Shown: piece after piece, positions 48,061 through 57,861 of the stretch
How the letters are laid out: the number at the start of each line of letters is the position of its first letter
How positions within the stretch are numbered: the first letter of the stretch is position 1
NCBI GenBank assembly: GCA_043811535.1
Contig: JBDRNC010000039.1
Location: 64,001 to 128,000, forward strand
Reading direction: 5' to 3'
Origin: Elusimicrobiota bacterium
GTDB lineage: Bacteria; Elusimicrobiota; Endomicrobiia; Endomicrobiales; JBDRNC01
DNA: 64,000 nucleotides
Program-made: the position numbers and the translations under genes
Notes under the pieces: generated by a model
The model's input: the letters and a program-made list of their open reading frames with translations, nothing else
Databases searched by the model: none
What the model was told of the DNA's origin: nothing

Positions 48061-49349
48061 CTTCCCAATCCTTTATATGTAAAACCTAATTTCTCCATTT
48101 TTTCCACGTCGAATATGTTCCTTCCGTCTATGATAATGGGAAGCTTGAGCAGTTTCTTTATCCTGTTCAGGTCAAGTTTCTTGAATTCATCCCATTCTGT
48201 CAGTATAGCCAGGCAGTCCGCGCCTTTAGCAGTTTCATAAGGGTCCTTACAGAACCGGACGTTTTTGAGCGTCTCCTTGGCTTTTTCGGCGGCAGCGGGG
48301 TCATAGGCCCGAATTTTCGCGCCTTTAGCCTGAAGCATTCTTATAATGTCTATAGACGGAGCGAAACGCATGTCGTCCGTATTCGGCTTGAAGGCGAGGC
48401 CCAACACCCCTATAGTTTTGTCTTTCAATATCCAAAGCGCGTCTTCAATCTTTTTTGAGATAAGTTTTTTCTGGTTTTCGTTTATCTCTTTTACTTCTTT
48501 AAGCAGGTTAAAGTCATAGCCGATCTTTTTTGATATCCAAAGGAATGCTTCCAGATCCTTGGGAAAGCAGAATCCGCCGAAGCCTATGCCCGCGTTTAAG
48601 AACGCCCGGCCGATCCTTTTGTCCATGCCCATTCCTTCGGCTACTTTCAATATGTTAGCGCCGGTCTTTTCGCAGATGTTCGCGACGGCGTTTATGTAGG
48701 ATATTTTCATCGCGAGGAAGGAATTTGACGCGTGTTTTATTATTTCAGCGCTTTTTATGTCGGTGACAAGCACAGGAGCTTTTATCGGGGCGTAAATCTC
48801 TTTCAGTATGTTCTCGGCTTTTTTAGACTTAACGCCTATCACGATGCGGTCCGGATTGAATGTGTCCTGTATCGCCGAGCCCTCACGCAGGAATTCCGGG
48901 TTTGAAGCGACATCAAACGGGATGTTTCTCTTCAGGTTGCGCTTGATGGTGAGCGCTACCCAGTCGCCTGTTTCAACTGGAACCGTGGATTTATCTACTA
49001 CAAGCTTGTAATTCTTCATGTTGGCGGCTATTTCGCGGGCGACGGTTTCCACGTAAGAAAGGTCGGCCGATCCGTCTTCCCTGGGAGGCGTACCGACCGC
49101 TATGAATATCACTTCCGACTTGCTTATCCCCTCTTTCAGGTCGGTAGTGAAAGAAAGCCGCTTTTTGCTCACGTTCTTTTTTACAAGCTCGGCAAGCCCG
49201 GGCTCGTAAATGGGCATCTTCCCCTTTTTTAGCATCGCTATTTTTGATTTTATGCTGTCGACGCAAATAACCCTGTGCCCTATATCGGCAAGACAGGCGC
49301 CGGTGACAAGTCCCACATAACCCGTACCTACGACGCAAACATTACGCAT
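48057..49349 (-). CDS. ugd: UDP-glucose 6-dehydrogenase
   Basis: [44 protein letters not shown]. Confidence 0.95.
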   Translation of the reverse strand: MRNVCVVGTGYVGLVTGACLADIGHRVICVDSIKSKIAMLKKGKMPIYEPGLAELVKKNVSKKRLSFTTDLKEGISKSEVIFIAVGTPPREDGSADLSYVETVAREIAANMKNYKLVVDKSTVPVETGDWVALTIKRNLKRNIPFDVASNPEFLREGSAIQDTFNPDRIVIGVKSKKAENILKEIYAPIKAPVLVTDIKSAEIIKHASNSFLAMKISYINAVANICEKTGANILKVAEGMGMDKRIGRAFLNAGIGFGGFCFPKDLEAFLWISKKIGYDFNLLKEVKEINENQKKLISKKIEDALWILKDKTIGVLGLAFKPNTDDMRFAPSIDIIRMLQAKGAKIRAYDPAAAEKAKETLKNVRFCKDPYETAKGADCLAILTEWDEFKKLDLNRIKKLLKLPIIIDGRNIFDVEKMEKLGFTYKGLGR

Positions 49350-50229
49350 TAAAATATCCTTTTTCATTCAAAAATTCTTTTACCGCTTCCTGCCACGGCC
49401 TCATAGGCTTGAAACCGTTAAGTTCCCAGACATAATTCCGCATGCCCGAAAACCTGGGGCGGCCTGCCGGAAGCTTCAATTTTTCTATTTTTATCTTTTT
49501 TACATTTTTATCCGGCAGTTTAAGCATTCCTGCTATTTCAAGCCCTATCGCGTATCTTGAAGCGAAACCGGAGTTGCATAAATGATAGGTTCCGTAAAGA
49601 TTCGTCTTTATAAGCTTTTCTATCGCATGCGACAGGTCTTTGGCGTATGTGGGCGAGCTGGTCATGTCAGACGCCGTTTTTACGGGTTTGCCGGATTTAA
49701 GCGCGTCGGCTATCTGGGTGACAAAGTTCGCGCGGAGGTGCCCAAAAAGCCACGAGGTGCGCACGATAAAGTGTTTATTCAGCAGTTCTTTAACGAAAAG
49801 CTCTCCGGCGTACTTGGAATCGCCGTACACGCTTATCGGACCGGGCCTGTCGAATTCGGTATAACCGGTTTTTGGGGGCCCGGTCCCGGAAAAAACATAA
49901 TCCGTTGAGATATACAGCATTGCCGCGTCAAAACGCTGGCATGCCGCCGCTACGTTCCTTGTAGCAATGGCGTTGAGCTTGTACGCGAAATCAGGTTCCG
50001 TCTCGCATTGGTCAACATTGGTAACTGCCGCGGTATGGATGACGATATCGGGGTTGACTTTTATAATGGCATCGTATGTCGTCTTGCTGTCCGTAAGGTC
50101 AACTTTATAAACTTTGCGTCCTGACGGCGCGCTTTCTATATCAATACCCGTGACTTCATGGCTGGGCTCTAATACGCCCGCGAGTTCCGTCCCCAGCATC
50201 CCGTTTATTCCTGTAATAAGTATCTTCAT
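49342..50229 (-). CDS. rfbD: dTDP-4-dehydrorhamnose reductase
   Basis: TGINGMLG, TNVD.CE, STDYVF, YGDSK..GE, RTSWLFG, SPT. Confidence 0.93.
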   Translation of the reverse strand: MKILITGINGMLGTELAGVLEPSHEVTGIDIESAPSGRKVYKVDLTDSKTTYDAIIKVNPDIVIHTAAVTNVDQCETEPDFAYKLNAIATRNVAAACQRFDAAMLYISTDYVFSGTGPPKTGYTEFDRPGPISVYGDSKYAGELFVKELLNKHFIVRTSWLFGHLRANFVTQIADALKSGKPVKTASDMTSSPTYAKDLSHAIEKLIKTNLYGTYHLCNSGFASRYAIGLEIAGMLKLPDKNVKKIKIEKLKLPAGRPRFSGMRNYVWELNGFKPMRPWQEAVKEFLNEKGYFNA

Positions 50230-50241
50230 GTCGGTCGCTTT

Positions 50242-51246
50242 CTATACGCTAGTCTTATATTGTTTTTTGTAATAGGCCTTGAAGTGCCTGTCTTTCAGAA
50301 TTTTCCACCACGCGCGGTTTTGCGCGTACCAATTCACCGTATACTCCATCAGTTCATTAAAATTGCGCGAAGGCCTGTAGCCCAGCTCTTTCATTATCTT
50401 TGAGTAGTCAAGCGAATAACGCCTGTCGTGTCCGGGCCTGTCTGCGACGCGCTTTATAAGCTCTTTCCCCCTTCCGGTGAATTTGAGTATAAAATTCGTG
50501 AGTTCAAGGTTGTTTATCTCGTTGCCGCCGCCGATATTGTAAATTTCGCCTATCCTGCCTTTGCGGAGCACAAGGTCTATCGCCTTGCAGTGGTCAATAA
50601 CATAGAGCCAGTCGCGGACATTCCTGCCGTCGCCGTAAAGCGGCAAGCGCTTATTCTCAAGCGCGTTCGTCACGAAAAGAGGGATGACTTTCTCGGGGAA
50701 TTGGTAAGGGCCGAAATTATTTGAAGCGCGCGTGATGATGACGGGGACTTTGTGCGTTACAAAATATGACCTGGCAAGGAGGTCGCCGCCGGCTTTTGAA
50801 GATGAATACGGACTGTTAGGCGAAAGAGGCGATTTCTCGGTAAAGGAACCTTTCCTGATGCTGCCGTAAACCTCGTCGGTGGAAATCTGGATGTATCTTT
50901 TGGTCCCGTGTTTTTTCGCGGCTTCAAGCAGGGTATGGGTTCCGAAAACGTCGGTCTTTATGAAAGAACCAGATTCCATAATCGAGCGGTCAACGTGGGT
51001 TTCGGCGGCGAAATTAATGACGGCGTCAACCCGCGGGACCAGCCTGTCAACAAGTTTATGATCGCAGATGTCGCCTTTTACGAATTTATAGCGTGAGTAT
51101 TTCTCTATATCGCGAAGGTTGTCGAGGTTGCCGGCGTAGGTAAGTTTATCGAGGTTTATCACCTTGTAGCTGCCGTGCGTATTCAGGATATATCTGATAA
51201 AATTGGAGCCGATGAATCCGGCCCCTCCCGTGACTAATATGCGCAT
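50242..51246 (-). CDS. rfbB: dTDP-glucose 4,6-dehydratase
   Basis: DKLTYAGN, FAAETHVDRSI, STDEVYG, SPYSSSKA, QFPEK.IP, DRPGHDRRY. Confidence 0.96.
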   Translation of the reverse strand: MRILVTGGAGFIGSNFIRYILNTHGSYKVINLDKLTYAGNLDNLRDIEKYSRYKFVKGDICDHKLVDRLVPRVDAVINFAAETHVDRSIMESGSFIKTDVFGTHTLLEAAKKHGTKRYIQISTDEVYGSIRKGSFTEKSPLSPNSPYSSSKAGGDLLARSYFVTHKVPVIITRASNNFGPYQFPEKVIPLFVTNALENKRLPLYGDGRNVRDWLYVIDHCKAIDLVLRKGRIGEIYNIGGGNEINNLELTNFILKFTGRGKELIKRVADRPGHDRRYSLDYSKIMKELGYRPSRNFNELMEYTVNWYAQNRAWWKILKDRHFKAYYKKQYKTSV

Positions 51247-51261
51247 CTATAACCCTCTTAT

Positions 51262-51303
51262 ACAGAACTGGTACGGCAGAACTGATACAACAGAACCGGC
51301 ACG
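51262..51303. repeat. Three imperfect 14-bp tandem repeats
   Basis: ACAGAACTGGTACG / GCAGAACTGATACA / ACAGAACCGGCACG. Confidence 0.75.
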
Positions 51304-51306
51304 AAG

Positions 51307-51339
51307 TGTCATCCCCGAACGCTTAAATCGGGGATCCAA
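51307..51339. repeat. REP-like palindromic element
   Basis: TGTC-ATCCCCGA-N9-TCGGGGAT-CCAA, an 8-bp perfect stem. Confidence 0.6.
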
Positions 51340-51370
51340 GTATTGTTGCAGCAAAACAGCAAAGAAAGAC

Positions 51371-52300
51371 CTAAGAATTAGCTAACCAGTTATAGGTTTT
51401 CAGCATCCCTTCGTCAAATCCGACGGCGGGTCTGTATTTCAACAACCTTTTTGCTTTCGAAATGTCGGCCTTCGTTTTTCTTACGTCGCCTGGCCGCGGA
51501 GGAGTATGGATGACCTTAATCTGTTTGCCGGTTATTCTCCTCAATGCCCGTATTATATCCATCACTGAACAGCTGCTGCCGCAGGCTATGTTAAAGATTT
51601 CGCCGCTTATTCCGGGAGTCAGGACCGCGAGTATGTTTGCCCTGACCACGTTGTCTATGTAGGTAAAATCGCGAGACTGGTTGCCGTCGCCGTGTACGAT
51701 AATATTTTCGCCTTTTATCGCCGACCGGATGAATTTGGGTATTACAGCGGCGTATTTGGACTTCGGGTCCTGATTGGGTCCGAAGACGTTGAAATATCTC
51801 AATGATACCGTCTGAAGGCCGTAGGTCTTGGCGAAAACACTGCAATAGTTTTCCGCTGCCAGTTTCGACACGGCATAAGGCGATATCGGGCTTGTCCTGT
51901 GAGTTTCTTTCTGAGGTATGAACTTGCTGTCGCCGTAAACCGAGGATGAAGAGGCGTAGACGACTCTTTTTACGCCGGCGTGTTTTGCGGCCAAAAGGAG
52001 TTTCAGCGTCCCTTCGACGTTTACTTCGTTGGTGCTTCCCGGGTCGTCCACCGAGCGCGGAACGCTGCGAAGAGCCGCCTGATGCATGACGAAATCAACG
52101 CCTTTCATCGCTTTTTTAAGATCGGCTTCCCTGAGAATATCCCCTTTCACCAATTCTATTTTTTTGAGGAACGGTTTCAGGTTATTGATATTGCCGGTGG
52201 AAAAATTATCAAGCACACGGACCTTGTGCCCGCGTTTTAACAGCGTTTCCGTTATGTTAGAACCTATGAAACCTGCGCCGCCAGTCACCAAGAATCTCAT
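51371..52300 (-). CDS. SDR epimerase, UDP-GlcNAc 4-epimerase (WbpP/TviC)-like
   Basis: HQAALRSVPRSV.DP, ASSSSVYG, SPYAVSK, RYFNVFGP.QDP.S.YAAVIP. Confidence 0.88.
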   Translation of the reverse strand: MRFLVTGGAGFIGSNITETLLKRGHKVRVLDNFSTGNINNLKPFLKKIELVKGDILREADLKKAMKGVDFVMHQAALRSVPRSVDDPGSTNEVNVEGTLKLLLAAKHAGVKRVVYASSSSVYGDSKFIPQKETHRTSPISPYAVSKLAAENYCSVFAKTYGLQTVSLRYFNVFGPNQDPKSKYAAVIPKFIRSAIKGENIIVHGDGNQSRDFTYIDNVVRANILAVLTPGISGEIFNIACGSSCSVMDIIRALRRITGKQIKVIHTPPRPGDVRKTKADISKAKRLLKYRPAVGFDEGMLKTYNWLANS

Positions 52301-52305
52301 AAAAG

Positions 52306-52761
52306 TTATCTGTCCTTCCTTGCCCAGTCGTAAGGGATCTTCTTTGTGTGCGCGGGAAGACGGTATTCGTCGGGCTGTTTGTAGTTAAAAAGCTCCGTGG
52401 GCACGTTCAATATAACCGCTTCCTTTTCGCTCACGCATTTGAATCCGTGATAGACAAGTTTAGGTATCTGCACGAGCGCGGGATTCTGTTCGCCTATGAA
52501 AAATTCGTTGACCTCGCCTTTTGTCTTGGAGCCGCGCCTGTCGTCGTAAAGGACTACCTTCATCATGCCCCTGATGCATATGAAAGAATCTGTCTGTTTT
52601 TTGTGGTAATGCCATGCCTTGACAACGCCTGGATAAGCCGTGGTCATATATACCTGCCCGAACCGTATAAATTCCGGCCAGTCCGAACGCAATAACTCCA
52701 TAAGCCTGCCGCGCTCGTCGCAAAGCGGCTTAAGTTGTTTTACTTTCACTCCGTCAATCAT
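52306..52761 (-). CDS. rfbC: dTDP-4-dehydrorhamnose 3,5-epimerase family protein
   Basis: DERG.L.E, PGVVKAWHYH..QTD, HGF. ATG 52761 follows a GGAG SD. Confidence 0.88.
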   Translation of the reverse strand: MIDGVKVKQLKPLCDERGRLMELLRSDWPEFIRFGQVYMTTAYPGVVKAWHYHKKQTDSFICIRGMMKVVLYDDRRGSKTKGEVNEFFIGEQNPALVQIPKLVYHGFKCVSEKEAVILNVPTELFNYKQPDEYRLPAHTKKIPYDWARKDR

Positions 52762-52779
52762 ATAGTATCTCCGATACTT

Positions 52780-52871
52780 GATTACACAGATTTTATACAA
52801 AGATTACACCGATTTACGACAGATTACACGGATATGTAATCTGTGTAATCTATTTAATAATCCGTGAAATC
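52780..52871. repeat. Intergenic GATTACAC-type direct/inverted repeat array
   Basis: GATTACAC at 52780, 52802 and 52822; inverted copies TGTAATCT (52835), GTGTAATC (52843) and degenerate GTGAAATC (52864). Confidence 0.75.
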
Positions 52872-52874
52872 GTT

Positions 52875-53936
52875 TTATATTATTTCGACTTTTGAAGAAT
52901 CGCCGACCATTATGCGGTATGCGGCCGGTTTCTTCTTTGTCTTGTGCAACTGCACGTTTTGCCCTATGAGGGAGTCTTCAAGCCTTTTTATATCTATTAT
53001 TTCAGAATTCTCAAGTATGATGGAATGTTCGATTTCGCTGCCTTCAACCTTGCACCCGTAGTATATCGACGTGTACGGCCCGATGTAGGAATCCGCGACC
53101 TTTGTGTTTTCGCCGATTATTGCCGGGCCGCGAATAGAGCTGTTTTTAATGTCGGCGCCTTTTTCTATCACTACATTACCTTCTATCTTCGTGGCGGCGT
53201 CAATTTTTCCCAGGATGGATTTTTCCCTGGTTTCAAGAATCAGCCTGTTAGCTTCAAGCATGTCTTCCAGTTTTCCAGTATCTTTCCACCAGCCTTTTAC
53301 GATATGGGGCCGGACTTTGAAATTATTGTCTATGAGCCACTGTATAGCGTCGGTTATCTCAAGCTCGCCGCGCTGTGAGGGTTTAATGCTGTTGACGGCT
53401 TTCATGATGTTCTTGTCGAACATGTAAACGCCGACTAAAGCGAGATCGCTTTTGGGTTTTTTGGGTTTTTCCTCAAGGTTTACAACCACATTGCCTTTAA
53501 GCTCGGCGACCCCGAAGTGCTCGGGATGAGAGACTTTCGCGAGGAGTATCTGGGCGTTAGGTTTAATGGCGGAGAATTCATCGGCAAGCGCTTTTATCCC
53601 GTCCTTTATGAGGTTGTCGCCAAGATACATGACGAAATCATCATTGTTGATGAAACTCTCGGATATCTTGACGGCATGCGCGAGCCCCAGCGGGGCTTCC
53701 TGTTCTATGTAAGTTACCTTGATGCCCCATTTTGAACCGTCGCCTACGGCGCCCTTTATTTCGTTTTTTGTGTCACCAACAACGATGCCGACTTCTACGA
53801 TGCCGGCCAGGGCGATGGCTTCAAGGCCGTAGAACAGGATGGGCTTGTTCGCGATGGGAACGAGTTGTTTTGCCGAGGTATGCGTGATGGGCCGGAGGCG
53901 GGTTCCTTTTCCGCCCGAAAGAACCAGTGCTTTCAC
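52875..53936 (-). CDS. rfbA: Glucose-1-phosphate thymidylyltransferase, long form with hexapeptide tail
   Basis: GGKGTRLRP.T...AKQL.P, LGDN, EKP, S.RGELEITD, WWKDTG. Confidence 0.92.
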   Translation of the reverse strand: MKALVLSGGKGTRLRPITHTSAKQLVPIANKPILFYGLEAIALAGIVEVGIVVGDTKNEIKGAVGDGSKWGIKVTYIEQEAPLGLAHAVKISESFINNDDFVMYLGDNLIKDGIKALADEFSAIKPNAQILLAKVSHPEHFGVAELKGNVVVNLEEKPKKPKSDLALVGVYMFDKNIMKAVNSIKPSQRGELEITDAIQWLIDNNFKVRPHIVKGWWKDTGKLEDMLEANRLILETREKSILGKIDAATKIEGNVVIEKGADIKNSSIRGPAIIGENTKVADSYIGPYTSIYYGCKVEGSEIEHSIILENSEIIDIKRLEDSLIGQNVQLHKTKKKPAAYRIMVGDSSKVEII

Positions 53937-53950
53937 CGTGCTTCTCCTGT

Positions 53951-54904
53951 TCAGACTTTGGCGCGCCAGTAATTCAAGAGATCTTCCATGGTTTTTTCAA
54001 ACGGGATCTCGGGTTTCCATCCGGTGGCTTTGCAGAACTTCGTATTGTCTCCCAGAAGTATCTCAACGTCGGAAGGCCTCATGCGGTCGGGGTCCTGTTT
54101 CACCTCAACCTTTACTTTTGAATATGAAAGAAGTATCTCAAGAACTTTCTTTATCGCGAAATCCTTGCCCGAGCAGATGTTGTAGACCTCTCCGGGTTCG
54201 CATTTTTCCGTTGAAAGCCAGTATGCCTTTACCATATCCCTGACGTCCGTGTAATCCCTGCGGGCGTCAAGATTCCCCACGTAAATAACGGGTTCCTGTT
54301 TATTTTTCTCTATTTTGGCGATCTGTTTCGCGAAATTGCTTTCAACGAAGACCTCCCCTCTTCTGGGTCCGGTGTGGTTGAATCCCCGTGTCCTTATTAT
54401 TTTCATCTTATATGACTGGGCGTACTGGTAACCGAGCAGGTCCTGCCCGACTTTGGAGACACCGTACGGTGAAAGGGGTCTTAATGGATTAGTCTCTTTA
54501 ATGGGCGTTTCCTCGGGATAAACCATGCCGTATTCTTCGGAAGAGCCCGCGAGTTGTATCCACGGGTTTATTCCCACTTCCCTTACCGCTTCAAATATGT
54601 TCAATTCACCGATGATGTTCGTGGTCAAGGTTTCGGCCGGCGCGTGCCATGAGGTCGGAACGAAACTTTGCGCCGCGAGATGGAATATCTTGTCCGGTTT
54701 GACTTTCCGGATAGCCGATTCCACCGAAGTTGCGTCGCGCATATCGCATTCAATTATTTTTACCTTGTCTTCAATATCCCTGATATTTTCCTTGTTTGAG
54801 CGCCAGCGGTCGAAACCCCACACCTCGATGTCTTTTTTAGAGAGCAGGTATTCAGCCAAGTGGCTCCCCACAAATCCTGTGATTCCGGTTATTAAGGCTT
54901 TCAT
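53951..54904 (-). CDS. GDP-mannose 4,6-dehydratase / Rmd-like SDR
   Basis: ITGITGFVGSHL, HLAAQSFV..SW, SSEEYG, SPYGVSK, FNHTGPRR, GNL...RD. Confidence 0.85.
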   Translation of the reverse strand: MKALITGITGFVGSHLAEYLLSKKDIEVWGFDRWRSNKENIRDIEDKVKIIECDMRDATSVESAIRKVKPDKIFHLAAQSFVPTSWHAPAETLTTNIIGELNIFEAVREVGINPWIQLAGSSEEYGMVYPEETPIKETNPLRPLSPYGVSKVGQDLLGYQYAQSYKMKIIRTRGFNHTGPRRGEVFVESNFAKQIAKIEKNKQEPVIYVGNLDARRDYTDVRDMVKAYWLSTEKCEPGEVYNICSGKDFAIKKVLEILLSYSKVKVEVKQDPDRMRPSDVEILLGDNTKFCKATGWKPEIPFEKTMEDLLNYWRAKV

Positions 54905-55569
54905 TTTTTGTTTTTTCTCCTTTCAGAATAAAATGAAGCCAGCGTTGTCACCAGAAGCATTATGATAAATAATGTGGACGTTCTCAGCCTTTTTTCGGGT
55001 TTTACCGGGGAATTATCAATTATCGGAGGTATCGCGATCCTCGTGGGGAAAGACCTGAACTCACTTAGACCGCTGCTTAAAGGCACCGGCCTTATCATTT
55101 CCTTCACGAACTTGACGGCTTTTCCGAGATTTTCCTGCGACAATTCGTGCAGGTTGTGGTGACGGTCAATAATTATATCCGCGGATGCCTGAACGATTTG
55201 CGCGGCTTTTTCGGGAGATTCATCGCGCGCTACGATCTTAAGAAGGCCGAAAACGTCAAAGTATTTTACTTCCAGGCCCTTATTCGTGTTTTTCGGCATG
55301 TTCACTTTACTTTTGATTTCTTCTATCATGGGCGCTGATTTCATTATTTCATTTATCACATAAACACTCTCGATTTGTTTATCGCCGTCAAATCCAATTT
55401 TAAGCAACGCGTAGGATTCATATTGTTTTGGGAGTGAAATACTGATTAAAAAATAGACAGTTGAAACCAAAACGCTCGTTCCCAGAATGAATTTCCAGTA
55501 ATTTGCAAGCATTTTGCCGATATCCTGAAAACTTATTTCTTTTTCATCTTGTTCCAGCTGGTGTTCCAT
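54901..55569 (-). CDS. Wzz-like chain-length determinant (short)
   Basis: EI...D, N-terminal TM followed by PKQYES, proline-rich PVKP before a C-terminal TM. Confidence 0.75.
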   Translation of the reverse strand: MEHQLEQDEKEISFQDIGKMLANYWKFILGTSVLVSTVYFLISISLPKQYESYALLKIGFDGDKQIESVYVINEIMKSAPMIEEIKSKVNMPKNTNKGLEVKYFDVFGLLKIVARDESPEKAAQIVQASADIIIDRHHNLHELSQENLGKAVKFVKEMIRPVPLSSGLSEFRSFPTRIAIPPIIDNSPVKPEKRLRTSTLFIIMLLVTTLASFYSERRKNKK

Positions 55570-55604
55570 CTGAACCTCCGGTAATCTTTTAACATATTTT
55601 TTAT

Positions 55605-55633
55605 ATATTACAAAAAAATGAACGTAAAATCAA
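55605..55633 (-). promoter_or_regulatory. Possible sigma70 promoter for the glycan locus
   Basis: TTGATT-N17-TAATAT in an AT-rich gap upstream of the wzz SD (GGAGG). Confidence 0.4.
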
Positions 55634-55642
55634 GCAACAAAG

Positions 55643-57772
55643 CTATTCCCTCCAGGGGTAGAATTCCTGCTCTTTTTGTTTGTTATAAATCTTTTTTCGC
55701 GTTTCAGTTGATGCTTTCAATCCGATCTGGAAAAAGACCTCTATGACTTCGGACACTCTCCTGTAGGTTGTGCCGATTTCCCAGCAATGGAGGTCGCGGT
55801 ATAGTTTTGCTTCATAAAATGTCGTTCTGGTTTCGGCGAAATTATTGAGCGTGGATGTCCTGCTGTTGAAATCCAGTTTCCATTTTGACGTCGGCCAGAA
55901 CCCGAAACCGACGTTGAAATCGTATTGTCCGGGCAGCGCGGACTGGTAAAAGAATCCCAGATTCAGGTACCGGGTTTCCGGCATACCCATTTGAGTCATT
56001 GCCTGGAAAGATTTTAAGTAGTGGTTGGGATACAATCCGGATTCCTCCCTGACATAAATGGACATCGCTCTTCCGGGTGACCAGGTAAGCTCGTTGACGA
56101 GCGGATTGAGTTTCTCCCTCCAATCAACTACAGTTTCGTTGCGCGCCACCCTGAAATCATAACCCGTGGAATTCCTTAAGGTCATGTTGCGGAGCAGGTA
56201 CATGGAGTTCCTAAAATACACCTGCTTGGACTCTTCGCCGTAGTCGCTGGCTTCTGTGTCCGGAAAAATCGTGTTAACGGCGGTCCTGACCTTGTAGTTG
56301 TAACCGTAATCCCAATCCATCCAGCGTAGCAGCCTGTACCTGATGTTGAGGTCGTTGTAATACCGCGTGATGAAAATGGGCGCGAAATCGGTCTTAGAGG
56401 TCCTGTTCGCCCAGTACTCGCTGATTCCGAATCTCGGCGTAAGCGTTGTTTTGCGGGTCAGGCGGTAGTCTTTTGTGAGATTGTAGTCCGCATTCGCGTC
56501 AATAAGGTAGTAATCGTTGCTTTTCGTGTATTGGTTCTGAATCCACGCGGAAAAGTTCGTGTAAAACGGGAAAAGCCCTTTTTTCGTGTACATCGTGTAG
56601 TCCACGCGCGGTATGGTTAGGCGTTCCATAACGAAGCCGTTTGTCGTGGTGTCATAATTATCCTGGCGTTCGGTCGTCAATCTGAGATTCGACCCCGATG
56701 TTTGGCGCGTGAATGACAGGTGTGAGTTTAACTGGATATCCTTTCTTTCCCAGTTATCAAGCGAATAGACGCTGTTGAACGAGGTATCGCTCATATAATT
56801 TAACTGGAGCTGTGCAGTCCACAGAAGATTCAGCCGCTGCCAGTATCCTCCGCGCATCGTCCATCTTTCATTCTCGGTGGTCTTTTCCTTGATGTGGTAT
56901 CCGTAAATCGAGGCCTTAACCTTATTGTCGATAAAATAATTATATTCCGCGCCTTTTCCCCATCCGCGTTTGCTGAAGTAGTCAATGTAGAGTTTACCGT
57001 AGGAGTGCTCCGACAAAGGATAACCGATTATAGTTTTCAATATAAACCCGTCTTCGCTGTTGTATCCGGGCTGGACCTCGACGCTAAGCTTGGAGCCCCT
57101 CAATGATGAAACGTAGACAGGCGAATAAAAGACGGGTACGCCCTGCACGTAAAAGACCGGGTTGTAAACGATCACTTTCTCTTTCATTATCACCTTGGCG
57201 CGGTTTGACCGTATATAATAATGGGGTTTCTTAAGGTCGCATGTGGTCATCCTGATACTTTGAGCGTTAAAAGCATTTTCTCCCACGCTGAGGAATTTCT
57301 TGGAATGGAAATACCACGGCTCCATGATCCCCGATGTGTTATAAAGAGTCCCGGTGCTTGCCTGGAAATCGTAATCCATGCTGTCGCATATCATCAGGCT
57401 GTCCGTAGACCTAAGTATCACGTCGGTATCCGCATACATGCGGTCCTCTTCCATCCAGAATTTCACGTTTTTCGCGGTCAGCACTTTGCCTTCCCATGCC
57501 ACGGTGACGCTGCCGGTCGCTGTCATGTATTTTTGGGCTTCATCGTATTCCATGAAATCCGCCTGGATGTCGATTTCCGAGGTCTTAGACTCTTCCGCAA
57601 CCTGATTTTTAGCAGTACCGGAGCTTGGATTTATCTGAGCGGCGGCATTGCTTATCGGAAGACTCCGGACTTCCGCGCGCAAATCCGCACAGCCCAATAA
57701 CAAAAACAAGCATGTTGCGGCCATGCTTGATCGTGGAAAGATATCGATAAAGATGCGTTCGTATCTCGTCAT
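55643..57772 (-). CDS. lptD: LPS-assembly protein LptD-like outer-membrane protein
   Basis: Signal-like N-terminus, OstA-like I.AD..EY...A.G.V region, TTCD..PHY, VPVFY.P, aromatic-rich beta strands, RDLHCWE. Confidence 0.75.
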   Translation of the reverse strand: MTRYERIFIDIFPRSSMAATCLFLLLGCADLRAEVRSLPISNAAAQINPSSGTAKNQVAEESKTSEIDIQADFMEYDEAQKYMTATGSVTVAWEGKVLTAKNVKFWMEEDRMYADTDVILRSTDSLMICDSMDYDFQASTGTLYNTSGIMEPWYFHSKKFLSVGENAFNAQSIRMTTCDLKKPHYYIRSNRAKVIMKEKVIVYNPVFYVQGVPVFYSPVYVSSLRGSKLSVEVQPGYNSEDGFILKTIIGYPLSEHSYGKLYIDYFSKRGWGKGAEYNYFIDNKVKASIYGYHIKEKTTENERWTMRGGYWQRLNLLWTAQLQLNYMSDTSFNSVYSLDNWERKDIQLNSHLSFTRQTSGSNLRLTTERQDNYDTTTNGFVMERLTIPRVDYTMYTKKGLFPFYTNFSAWIQNQYTKSNDYYLIDANADYNLTKDYRLTRKTTLTPRFGISEYWANRTSKTDFAPIFITRYYNDLNIRYRLLRWMDWDYGYNYKVRTAVNTIFPDTEASDYGEESKQVYFRNSMYLLRNMTLRNSTGYDFRVARNETVVDWREKLNPLVNELTWSPGRAMSIYVREESGLYPNHYLKSFQAMTQMGMPETRYLNLGFFYQSALPGQYDFNVGFGFWPTSKWKLDFNSRTSTLNNFAETRTTFYEAKLYRDLHCWEIGTTYRRVSEVIEVFFQIGLKASTETRKKIYNKQKEQEFYPWRE

Positions 57773-57795
57773 ATAAGATGATCGGAAAAAACAGA

Positions 57796-57861
57796 GAGAT
57801 TCTTCGCTCGGACGACGCGGGTTCAGGATGACTTCGTCGAATACAGCTTCGCCGAAGTCAT
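57796..57861. repeat. REP-like element plus 14-bp inverted repeat
   Basis: GAGATTCTTCGCT...CAGGATGAC, then ATGACTTCGTCGAA / TTCGCCGAAGTCAT (1 mismatch) overlapping the kinase stop codon. Confidence 0.55.
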
